From positions 1,202 through 65,201 of the forward strand of contig JACOWN010000005.1 of NCBI GenBank assembly GCA_016176785.1: a stretch of DNA of 64,000 bases, in the 5' to 3' direction. The first letter of the stretch is position 1; each line of letters begins with the position of its first letter. Source of the stretch: Parcubacteria group bacterium (GTDB lineage: Bacteria > Patescibacteriota > Minisyncoccia > Phycocordibacterales > UBA2135). Shown here one piece after another: positions 51,453 to 59,958 of the stretch. A program made the translations under genes and the position numbers. A model generated the notes under the pieces. The model was given only the letters and a program-made list of their open reading frames with translations. It was not told where the DNA came from and made no database searches.

Positions 51453-51968
51453 TTAGCGCTTCCTTCCGTTCCCGATGAGGAACTTTTTCGGGTCTTCGCC
51501 GAGGTCGGTGAAAGCGTCCGCAACCTCTTTCAGTTTGCCGGACGCGGAACGGCTGAAAGCGACAACCTCAACTTGGCAGTGCGCCTTGAGATATTCAACG
51601 AGCGGCACGAAGTCGCCGTCGCCGGAAACGATGACCACGACATCCAACTTCGGTGAGAACTTGATGGCATCAACCGCGAGCCCGACGTCCCAGTCGGCTT
51701 TCTTGGCGCCGCCGAAGAACGTTTGGAGCGGTTTGGTCTTCGTCTCAATCCCCGCTTTTTCAAGCGCCTCAAAGAACGCCCGCTCCTCCCCCGTTTCCGT
51801 CGTGATGACGTAGGCGATGGCGCGCACCAGCTGTCTCCCCGCAACCGCTTCTTTCACGACGGCGCCGAAATTGACGCGCGCATTATGCAAATTTCTCGCG
51901 CTGTGATAGAGATTTTGCGTGTCTATAAAAACGCCGACGCGCTGATTTTTATGTTTAATGATAGTCAT
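51453..51968 (-). CDS. NYN (LabA/DUF88) domain protein
   Basis: FIDTQNLY, KADWDVGLAVD, VSGDGDFVPL. Confidence 0.92.
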   Translation of the reverse strand: MTIIKHKNQRVGVFIDTQNLYHSARNLHNARVNFGAVVKEAVAGRQLVRAIAYVITTETGEERAFFEALEKAGIETKTKPLQTFFGGAKKADWDVGLAVDAIKFSPKLDVVVIVSGDGDFVPLVEYLKAHCQVEVVAFSRSASGKLKEVADAFTDLGEDPKKFLIGNGRKR

Positions 51969-52096
51969 ATTAAAAAAATTTTTACCCGTTAGCTTTTAGC
52001 TTAAAGTAACTTCGACCTTTCTACAATTCTACAATATACAAACAGCCCCCCGGGGCCGTCTGTGTGAATATCCGATTCCGTTTTCGACGGAACGGT

Positions 52097-52360
52097 TCAT
52101 TTGAGTCCGAGTTTTTTGACGAGCGTGCCGTACCGCTTCTCGCTTTTCTTTTTGAGATAGCGGAGATGCTTCTGGCGGTCCGCAACCATCTGGAGAAGCC
52201 CCCGCCGCGAGTGCTTGTCTTTGCGATTCTTTTTCAAATGCGTCGCCAATGCCGCGATCTGCTTCGTCAAAAGGGCAACCTGAACCTCGGGCGACCCCGT
52301 GTCCCCCTCTTTGGCGGCGAAACTCTTAAAAATGTTTTCCTTTTGCCGTTTTGAAAGCAT
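52097..52360 (-). CDS. rpsO: 30S ribosomal protein S15
   Basis: DTGSPEVQVALLT, HL....KD.HSRRGL. Confidence 0.97.
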   Translation of the reverse strand: MLSKRQKENIFKSFAAKEGDTGSPEVQVALLTKQIAALATHLKKNRKDKHSRRGLLQMVADRQKHLRYLKKKSEKRYGTLVKKLGLK

Positions 52361-52513
52361 GCTGTAACTATAGCATAAAACATTAGAAAATGCAAGTCCC
52401 CGCTGTGTCAATGCCCGCTTCGTCTATCTACTGTCAAAAGCGCAAAAATCGCAGGCAATGTTTCGGATTTTCAGTACAAACAACGCGCGCGGGCTTCTGG
52501 TACAATGAAATTA

Positions 52514-53422
52514 ATGTCGCACAATCTTCGGGGACTCAAAAAAGAGTTTTTGGAATATCTTGAAATAGAAAAAGGGCGCGCGGCGCGCACCATTGAATTG
52601 TACGACCAGTATCTCGGCAGGTTTCTCCGCTTCCCCGGCCTCAAAAACGCCGCCGACATCACGGACGAATCGGTGCGTCGTTATCGGCTTGCCTTAAACC
52701 GCGCGGGAATGTCCAAAAAAACGCAGAATTTTTACCTCATTGCGTTGCGGCAGTTTTTGAAGTTTTGTGCGCGCCGCGGCATCGCGTCGCTTCCCGCAGA
52801 ACGCATAGAACTTGCGAAACAAAGCGACCGCGACCTTGACCTCATTTCTTCGGATGAGCTTGAACGCCTGCTCGCCGCGCCGTCCGGTTCCGATGAAAAA
52901 AATCTTCGCGACCGCGCCTTGCTTGAGCTCCTTTTTTCAACCGGTCTTCGCGTTTCGGAACTTTGCGCGCTCTCGCGGCATCTTGACTGGAGCCGCGATG
53001 AGATCTCCGTGCGCGGCAAGGGCGGCAAGGTGCGTCTCGTGTTCCTTTCGCCGCGCGCGAAAAGCGCGGTTAAGGCGTACCTCGCGAAGCGTTCTGACAT
53101 CGGCGACGCGCTCTTCGCGCAGGCGGAGCGTCGTGCGAAAAACAAAAGCGTATCCGAGCCGCGCCGCATCACGCCGCGGCTTGTGGAACGCATCGTGAAG
53201 CACCACGCGATACGGGCCGGCATTGATAAGCGGGTGACGCCGCACATGCTTCGGCACATGTTCGCGACCGACCTCCTCCAAAACGGCGCCGACCTTCGTT
53301 CCGTCCAAGCGCTTCTGGGGCATGCGCACATTGCAACGACACAGGTCTATACGCACGTAACGGACAAGCACCTGAAAGACATCCACCGCGCCTTTCACGG
53401 GAAAGGGCTTGGGGAAAAATAA
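52514..53422 (+). CDS. XerC/XerD-like tyrosine recombinase
   Basis: RD.ALLELL.STGLRVSE, GKG.K.R, HMLRH.FAT, LLGH..I.TTQVYT. Confidence 0.92.
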   Translation: MSHNLRGLKKEFLEYLEIEKGRAARTIELYDQYLGRFLRFPGLKNAADITDESVRRYRLALNRAGMSKKTQNFYLIALRQFLKFCARRGIASLPAERIELAKQSDRDLDLISSDELERLLAAPSGSDEKNLRDRALLELLFSTGLRVSELCALSRHLDWSRDEISVRGKGGKVRLVFLSPRAKSAVKAYLAKRSDIGDALFAQAERRAKNKSVSEPRRITPRLVERIVKHHAIRAGIDKRVTPHMLRHMFATDLLQNGADLRSVQALLGHAHIATTQVYTHVTDKHLKDIHRAFHGKGLGEK

Positions 53423-53508
53423 CGTGGGCATGCCCGCGCGGCGAAAAAAGCCAATTGACATCGGTGTTTTTAACTGGTATATTGCAAACGGCTCAAACGT
53501 GAAAATTA

Positions 53509-54264
53509 GTGGAGGATGCGGTGAACAAACATCAAGGGATTGCGGCCCCGCGCCTTCGGGGGGTCGCATCGGTCGTGCTTCTTCGGTTCGGGAGAACCGG
53601 AAAACTCGGCCGAACGGGCGACCTTCTTGTCTGCCTGGTCGGGGAACGCAAAGAGCGTAAGTTCACGGATATCGCAGTGTCCGGCGGAGACGGCGAGGAA
53701 CGCCACATCATCGTCGGCGGCGACTTCGGGCTTCCGGGCGGTAAAATCGAGGACGGCGAGACCCCCGAGCAAGCCGCATGCCGCGAGGGCGAGGAAGAAT
53801 CGTGGATGCGTTTTGGACCGGAGGAACTTTTTCCGCTCGGCTCGTTCCACAAACGAGCGTACGGGGAATCTGACGAAAGAGGCGTCCGAGAAGTCATCGG
53901 CAGGTACCCGCACCATTTCTTTGCGGTGTGGGGAGGCGAGAAAAAGATGGTCCGGCCGGAAACCTGGACCATTCAAGAAACGAGCAGGCCGTTTTGGGAA
54001 TCGTTTGTAGAGGCGGTAGCGGAGGGGCGGGTCATAATGCACGGCTCGCACCGTCAGGCGACCCTTGAGGGGGTTTGCCGCATCGCGAACCTGTATCTTC
54101 TCGGAAGAGATTGCAACCACCCCCTTATGCAGAAACTTCGCGCCGCCGCATCGCGAAGCGCAGCGGCGCGCGAAACGTTGGATGGGCTTGCGCGCGGCCT
54201 CGCGCACTCCCTACTCACCCCGATGCTTAGCTTGCCCACTTCCATTTCCATACCCCGTTTGTAA
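53509..54264 (+). CDS. NUDIX-box protein (start uncertain, possibly GTG 53521)
   Basis: GLPGGKIEDGETPEQAACREGEEE; TTGACA-N17-TATATT promoter; terminator near 54290. Confidence 0.75.
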   Translation: MEDAVNKHQGIAAPRLRGVASVVLLRFGRTGKLGRTGDLLVCLVGERKERKFTDIAVSGGDGEERHIIVGGDFGLPGGKIEDGETPEQAACREGEEESWMRFGPEELFPLGSFHKRAYGESDERGVREVIGRYPHHFFAVWGGEKKMVRPETWTIQETSRPFWESFVEAVAEGRVIMHGSHRQATLEGVCRIANLYLLGRDCNHPLMQKLRAAASRSAAARETLDGLARGLAHSLLTPMLSLPTSISIPRL

Positions 54265-54345
54265 GCGGTGGTAAATGTCTTGACCGAGTAGCCCTTCGCG
54301 TGAGCGAAGGGCTTTTCATTTGTTTTTTCTCCGCCGACTGCCGCA

Positions 54346-55812
54346 TTATTTCACCCCGTATTTTTTCCTGATTATCGCAAGTTCTTTTTCCTCCTCCTCA
54401 AGTCGCTTTTCCTTCCCTTTCTCCCCCGATTTTTGCAGCTCATCGTCCGTAAGCGCGGCTAATTCTCTGACGCGCCGTTCCAAAAATTTTGCTTCATTCC
54501 TCGTCGGGTCATCAAGCACGTCCTCAAGGAGCGCATGGAGCATCCACCCGATGCGGGGCCCCGGTTTTTCGTCGGTAATTTCCATGACGCGCGCGCCCCC
54601 AGTCGCGAGCATGCCCACGGACACGGGCGCGCGCGTCGCTTCTTCTATCATTGATTCATATTTGCGAAGACGGTATGGTTTTTCTTTCGGCCGCCCCATT
54701 CCTATCCGGTCTGAGGCGCGGACCTTCATCAAGTCCCACACGTTTTCCGGCCCGACGTTCCGCACCAGCCGCCGTACGGCGGAAAGGGTGATGGCATCAA
54801 TGTCGGTGAAGAACATGTGCCAGCGCACAAGCTTGGTCACGGTATCAATCGTTTCGTTCCCGTATTTGAGCCGTCTCATGATTTCTTTCGCCATTCTGGC
54901 GCCGACAACGTCATGGCCGTAAAACGTCCAGTCGTTTTTTTCTTTTGACCATTCGCGCGTGCGCGGTTTGCCGATATCGTGGAAAAGCGCGGCAAGGCGC
55001 ACGTGAAGCGGCCATCCGCGCTCCGCGGAGTGTTGGAGCGCGCGGAGCGTGTGTTCCCACACGTCGTAAATGTGGTCGGCGTTTTGCTCCACGCCTATCC
55101 CCTCTTCCAATTCCGGCGCAACATATTGCAAAAGGCCGTATTCGTGGAGCAGTTTGATGCCGTGCATCGGGTTGGGCGACATGACGATGCGTGAAAATTC
55201 ATCCTCTACGCGTTCTTTTGCGATCAACTCCAGGTTTCCGGCGAGTTTTTTGATCGCATCAGCCGTATCGGTCTCAACGGTAAAGTTCAATTCCGCCGCG
55301 AGGCGCACCGCGCGCATACTGCGAAGGGCGTCTTCGCCTATTCGTTCCTTGGGGTTTCCGACGGCGCGGATTATCTTGTCTTTGAGGTCCTGTTCGCCGC
55401 GGAAATAATCAAAAACGTCATGGCTCACGGGGTCGTAGGCGAACGCGTTTATCGTAAAGTCGCGGCGCTTGAGGTCGTCTTCCAGTTTTTCGGCAAAAAC
55501 GACGGAATCGGGGCGGCGTTTATCCGAATATTTTTCTTCAATGCGGTACGGCGTCACTTCCACCACCTTGAGCGTGTCATCTTCCGCGCCCTCGTTCACC
55601 ACTCCCACCGTGCCGTATTCGTTTTCGTAGAACGTGTGCGGGAAAAACCCCTGAATTTTTTCGGGCGTCGCGTTCGTCGTTACGTCCCAGTCGCGCGGTT
55701 TCCTTCCCATGAACAGATCCCGCGTGCATCCGCCGACGAGGTATGCTTCAAACCCCGCTTTCTGCAGCGTTTTCACCGCATCCAGTATTTCTTTCGGCAC
55801 GATAAATTGCAT
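54346..55812 (-). CDS. cca: CCA-adding tRNA nucleotidyltransferase with HD domain
   Basis: LVGGC.RD...PRDWDVTT, DL.RRDFTINA, EDALR, HDIGK. Confidence 0.93.
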   Translation of the reverse strand: MQFIVPKEILDAVKTLQKAGFEAYLVGGCTRDLFMGRKPRDWDVTTNATPEKIQGFFPHTFYENEYGTVGVVNEGAEDDTLKVVEVTPYRIEEKYSDKRRPDSVVFAEKLEDDLKRRDFTINAFAYDPVSHDVFDYFRGEQDLKDKIIRAVGNPKERIGEDALRSMRAVRLAAELNFTVETDTADAIKKLAGNLELIAKERVEDEFSRIVMSPNPMHGIKLLHEYGLLQYVAPELEEGIGVEQNADHIYDVWEHTLRALQHSAERGWPLHVRLAALFHDIGKPRTREWSKEKNDWTFYGHDVVGARMAKEIMRRLKYGNETIDTVTKLVRWHMFFTDIDAITLSAVRRLVRNVGPENVWDLMKVRASDRIGMGRPKEKPYRLRKYESMIEEATRAPVSVGMLATGGARVMEITDEKPGPRIGWMLHALLEDVLDDPTRNEAKFLERRVRELAALTDDELQKSGEKGKEKRLEEEEKELAIIRKKYGVK

Positions 55813-55872
55813 GCCCGTATCTTATTATATTTTTTGATTTTTCACTAATTTTGTCGTATCATTCGGCTACTC

Positions 55873-55944
55873 GCACCCGTGGTGAAACGGATATCACAAC
55901 AGGCTTCGGACCTGTCGTTGGGGGTTCGAATCCCTCCGGGTGCA
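55873..55944 (+). tRNA. tRNA-Arg(TCG)
   Basis: GCACCCG/CGGGTGC acceptor stem, ACAGG-CTTCGGA-CCTGT, GGTTCGAATCC. Confidence 0.93.
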
Positions 55945-56096
55945 TCAACACGAACAGAGCCGGACGCGGAGCGTCCGGCGACTTTCGTGTTTGCGTCGGG
56001 AGGGATTCGAAAGACGGAGGCGGGGGTACCCCGCAGAATGCATCAACACGAACAGAGCCGGACGCGGAGCGTCCGGCGACTTTCGTGTGTGCGTCG
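55941..56096 (+). repeat. 58-bp direct repeat x2 starting at the tRNA-Arg 3' end
   Basis: 55941-55998 vs 56039-56096, one mismatch, internal GCCGGACGC/GCGTCCGGC hairpin. Confidence 0.9.
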
Positions 56097-56127
56097 TTAT
56101 TTGAAAACTCAAGCGTAGCGCCGTCAC

Positions 56128-56161
56128 AACATTCTCATATTCTTAAGAATATGAGAATGTT
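56128..56161. repeat. Perfect 34-bp palindrome
   Basis: AACATTCTCATATTCTT|AAGAATATGAGAATGTT. Confidence 0.85.
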
Positions 56162-56206
56162 TTTGCGGTAAAAAGCCGCTCCCAAGAGAGCGGCTTAATT
56201 CGCGCA

Positions 56207-56803
56207 TCACGCATCGGCTTTCAAAATCTCATGTATGATGCCGAGCTCAAGCGCCTGTTCGGCGGTCAGTCGCGTTCCGTTTATTCCCCCCGCCAGTTCA
56301 TGAAAATTTTTTTCGCTCATCGCGAAACGCGTTCTCTCGGCGAAAATTTTTGCAACAATCTCTTCCTCGTCCTTCAATTCGCGGAGCATATCCCCGATTA
56401 TCGTGAGCGTCAGACGGCCGGAAGGCGCTCGCTCTTTCAGGTCTTTATATTCAAACGCCCCCTCATGGATATGAAAACGCGTGTATTTCCCCGCGACGCG
56501 ATGTGCGCCGGCGAGAAAGAGAACGAGTGCCATTGAGCTCACCTCGCCAAGGGCGATCGTCCGTATGTTGCAGCCGGAGTTCATTAAGAGGTCATACAGG
56601 GCAATGCCTTCGGGCGTTGTTCCGCCAAGCGACGTCATCTGGATATTAAACCACCGCGGTTCACGCGCCGCCTCCTCCCCTCCCTCCTTTTCAAGAAATG
56701 ACGCAAGCCGTTCCGTGACTTTCTTTACCGTTATCTCCGCTATGGAGCCGGACAATATCAACAGCTCATTGTCTATCGCGTTCAGATAGCGCATTGTCGT
56801 CAC
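56207..56803 (-). CDS. ClpP-like protease subunit
   Basis: TSLGG, VSSMA, RFHIHE, LTAEQALELGIIHEI. Confidence 0.8.
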   Translation of the reverse strand: MTTMRYLNAIDNELLILSGSIAEITVKKVTERLASFLEKEGGEEAAREPRWFNIQMTSLGGTTPEGIALYDLLMNSGCNIRTIALGEVSSMALVLFLAGAHRVAGKYTRFHIHEGAFEYKDLKERAPSGRLTLTIIGDMLRELKDEEEIVAKIFAERTRFAMSEKNFHELAGGINGTRLTAEQALELGIIHEILKADA

Positions 56804-57015
56804 CCGTTCACGGTCGTCTGCTTATATTGTGCGCGCTTTTTCTCCAAAAGAAAGGCGGCGCGCACTTGCAACTCCCCCTTTTTTGTTTCAGTGTTCTGTT
56901 TGAAGAAAAGCGCGCGGCATAGTATAATCCCACAAACGCGGGCTCCCGCACATTTTATATCACCGCGCTTTGCGTATTTCGTTTTTTTCAAAACAATGGT
57001 GTAAAAAATGTAAGA

Positions 57016-57086
57016 GCGGGCATAGTTTAGTGGTAGAACACGACATTGCCAATGTCGAAACGGGGGTTCGATTCCCCCTGCCCGCA
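57016..57086 (+). tRNA. tRNA-Gly(GCC)
   Basis: GCGGGCA/TGCCCGC acceptor stem, CGACA-TTGCCAA-TGTCG, GGTTCGATTCC. Confidence 0.95.
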
Positions 57087-57985
57087 CAATAGTGGACTTT
57101 TTGCGATTCGGCGCATCAATCGCCGTTTCTATGTCAGAAAAATTGGAGGTTCTAACATCATCTAATTGCCCGCGTAGAGAAATTGAATTTTTTATTGCAG
57201 GGGAATAAATTCTTCTGAAAAATAAACCGTTTTTAAATGTTTTGAAGGAGGTTCTAACATGCCGTTGCAATTTATCAAAGTTTAAAGTAAGTTGGTAATA
57301 GAGCAAAAGAGCCATCCTGTCACAGGAGGAAAAGATGAGGAGCAAGGTCTCAGTCATTTGCTGGTCGATTTTTGCAATTACAGTGATCGGCGCAGGAATC
57401 CTGATTTCAGATGCCTGTAATAGTGATCCAACTGGATGCGGATACGTGTTCGGATTAGGACCAATAGTTTTTTTGATGTATGGCGGTCTCCTTTATCTGC
57501 TCATCCCGCTTGTTGGTATTATCTTTGATGCTTACAAATGGAGGATGTTGAAGGACAAGGGGGTTGGAATTTGGGGAAGAACCGTGGGCACTTCTGTTTC
57601 TTTTGTCATCTCTGTCTGGGCATTCCCACTTTTACTTCTTCTGATCGGATTTTAACCAATCAGGCGCACGACCCACATACGGGTACGGCGCCTATTTTTT
57701 GTTGATGAGCTTTATGTACGTTGTGTTTGTTCTCGAATGGTACCCATAAAAATATCTCAGCCTGCTTCTATCAGCGTATTAAAGCGTTTTTGAAGCGTAG
57801 TAAACCATCATTGACTAGACTCATTACCGCCCCCTAGAGAGGTTCTAACCTGTTCTCCTAAAGTGCATAAAAATAACGAGCACAAAGCGGAGCTTTGGGC
57901 GACTATGTTTTTATAGCGGGTAGGGAGAATCGAACCGAGGGCTGGCGAAAGAAATCCATGAGAGTGACCGATCCCCCTGCCCGCA
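57087..57985 (+). mobile_element. tRNA-Gly-anchored cassette 1
   Basis: Bounded by tRNA 3'-end copies; GGTTCTAAC at 57148, 57250, 57841. Confidence 0.75.
57335..57655 (+). CDS. Cassette 1 cargo: small membrane protein (about 3 TM)
   Basis: AGGAGG SD, hydrophobic segments, hairpin terminator 57662-57700. Confidence 0.75.
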   Translation: MRSKVSVICWSIFAITVIGAGILISDACNSDPTGCGYVFGLGPIVFLMYGGLLYLLIPLVGIIFDAYKWRMLKDKGVGIWGRTVGTSVSFVISVWAFPLLLLLIGF

Positions 57986-58840
57986 CAATAGTGGACTTTT
58001 GACGCCCTCGCGCATCAATCGCCGTTTCTATTTCAGAAATCTTGCGGGTTCTAACATCGTCTCGTTGCCCGTATAGGGAAATGGAATTTTTTATTGACGA
58101 AAAATAAAATATTCTGAAAAAGAAACGGTTTTTTGATGACTTACCAGAGGTTCTAACACGGTTTACATTTGGGACACTATCTGTTAAATTGGTTAATAGA
58201 ATTCAAAGTGCAAGATTATGGAGGGTTATTATGCCTAAAGCAGACGTGGTTCTTGAAATCTATTTTGACATTAATAATCCAGAGAAAACTGTAATAAAAA
58301 CCAACGCCAAGGAAGAAGCACTTGAAGAGATACTTGAAGCATGGCTGTATTGCCAAATTGGACAGGGTAAAGATGAGAGCAAGCCGAACAGACAGGATAC
58401 GTACAAAATAAAAATCCAATTGGATTTAAGCGACGACACTTTCTACACCAACAGCAATACGGGGAACAAAGGACTTACCTGCGGAATCATTATGGACGTG
58501 TTCAAGAGGTTGGGTCAGATCGAGGTTCTTAATCTTTCATAAATCATCAAGACAAAAAGTTAACGCCGACACATGTCGGCCTTTTTCTTTTAGAAAGGTT
58601 CTAACGTCGTCTATAAAAGTGCACAAGACAACAAAAATACAGGGCTTTTGTCCTGTATTTTTGTTGTCGTTATGCGAGGTAGAGCGAGCAAACTGCTTTG
58701 CTCGCGTGGGGAATCGAAAAGCGGAGCCATCCTGAGCGAGCGAAGCGAGTCGAAGGGGGCGAGCTCGGGGAGGAAGTTCTTAGCGAAGACGAGCGCGAAG
58801 TTTGAGCTTAGAAACTTGACCCCGATTCCCCCTGCCCGCA
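57986..58840 (+). mobile_element. tRNA-Gly-anchored cassette 2
   Basis: Bounded by tRNA 3'-end copies; GGTTCTAAC at 58047, 58149, 58597. Confidence 0.75.
58231..58542 (+). CDS. Cassette 2 cargo: soluble hypothetical protein
   Basis: GGAGG SD, TTTACA-N17-TAAATT, GCCGAC/GTCGGC terminator. Confidence 0.75.
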   Translation: MPKADVVLEIYFDINNPEKTVIKTNAKEEALEEILEAWLYCQIGQGKDESKPNRQDTYKIKIQLDLSDDTFYTNSNTGNKGLTCGIIMDVFKRLGQIEVLNLS

Positions 58841-59907
58841 CAGAATTTCATTTTGGGCGCTTCGTCAACGCTTAGGGTGTTTCTAGATCAAAGTTTTTAC
58901 GGGTTCTAACAACGCTCCTTTTCTTGTATAGGGAAGGAGAACTCTATAGAACTTAAAAATTAAAATTTTCTGAAAAACAAACGATTTTTTCATAATTTTG
59001 CAGAGGTTCTAACTTGTATGACGTTGCCTTGTGTTTTTTTTGGTTTGCGTTATATTGAACCTAGAATGCAACTAACTTCATCAAGAAAAGGAGCTCGGAA
59101 TGAGCAAGCTTCTCCATATCTTTTTTGCTTTAATGATAGCGATGGGATTGTCATCCACTTCTTCGTTCGCAACTGAACACGACGGGAATCCCAGTCTCTG
59201 CGAAAATCCGTGGGAATCGGAAGGCAGCACGTCGAGTGCGACTGAAATAGGAAGAAGCAGGCGCATCATCTCCGAGTGTAAGGTTGTTAATCCACAAACT
59301 CTGGATATTTCTTCAAACCCCGCTCTTGCTGATTTTTTGGGCGAAATAAAAAAAGATCTGTGGGACACTGAAAGATTGCCCAAAGATGTTCTCTATCGTT
59401 ATACCCTGACGATTATTAACGATTGGGACAAAAATGTTTCTGTAAATCTTTCGAGGTGGGAAGTTGTGCACTCACCGTACACATTGGTAGCGAAAGGTTT
59501 TGTTGTTGATATTCCAGCATGTTCGTATGCTCGCATTCAGTTTCTTTCTCCGTGGGCTCCTGAACTGTATGCTTCCCCCGTTAACATTGGCATGACGACT
59601 AAGGACGGAGAATGGTCAGCAATAGGCGACGGTATAGCAAGTATTCTGACGCCGGTGTGGTACCAGTATTTTTCAGAAGGAATGAATGTTGATCGCCTGC
59701 CTCCAGATGAAACAAAAACAAAGGCGTGTTCTTCAAAGTAATAGCCATTTTTGGACAAACGAGCCCTGCGAATAAGTGGGGCTTTTTGTTTAAAAACAGG
59801 TTCTAACTTGTTCTCCTAAAGTGCATAAAAATAACGAGCACAAAGCGGAGCTTTGGGCGACTATGTTTTTATAGCGGGTAGGGAGAATCGAACCGAGGGC
59901 TGGCGAA
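58841..59907 (+). mobile_element. tRNA-Gly-anchored cassette 3
   Basis: Starts after a tRNA 3'-end copy; GGTTCTAAC at 58902, 59005, 59799; right arm 108/109 identical to cassette 1. Confidence 0.72.
59100..59741 (+). CDS. Cassette 3 cargo: secreted hypothetical protein
   Basis: AAGGAG SD, signal peptide ..SFA, four Cys, terminator after the stop. Confidence 0.78.
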   Translation: MSKLLHIFFALMIAMGLSSTSSFATEHDGNPSLCENPWESEGSTSSATEIGRSRRIISECKVVNPQTLDISSNPALADFLGEIKKDLWDTERLPKDVLYRYTLTIINDWDKNVSVNLSRWEVVHSPYTLVAKGFVVDIPACSYARIQFLSPWAPELYASPVNIGMTTKDGEWSAIGDGIASILTPVWYQYFSEGMNVDRLPPDETKTKACSSK

Positions 59908-59958
59908 GCGTATGCAACGCACAAACAATCGATTCGCGGGGATTTTTGTGGGAAATTA

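Noticed and set aside
52514-53422. Xer-like recombinase as the cassette integrase
   Set aside because: It looks like the housekeeping XerC/D-type enzyme among core genes, is 3.6 kb away and lacks the IntI-specific insertion. Action in trans is not excluded but is unsupported.
56800-57357. 185-aa minus-strand ORF across tRNA-Gly
   Set aside because: It overlaps the tRNA antisense and the cassette arm. Its repeated VRT is just the GTTAGAACC motif, although a decayed recombinase tail cannot be excluded.
57148-59807. Classical integron attC sites (TTCTAAC resembles RYYYAAC)
   Set aside because: All nine motifs have the same orientation with no inverted R'/R'' partner forming an attC hairpin, the match is only 6/7, and no IntI is present.
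57070-59907. CRISPR array interpretation of the repeated tRNA ends and GGTTCTAAC
   Set aside because: Spacing is hundreds of bp with whole genes between repeats, and there are no cas genes.
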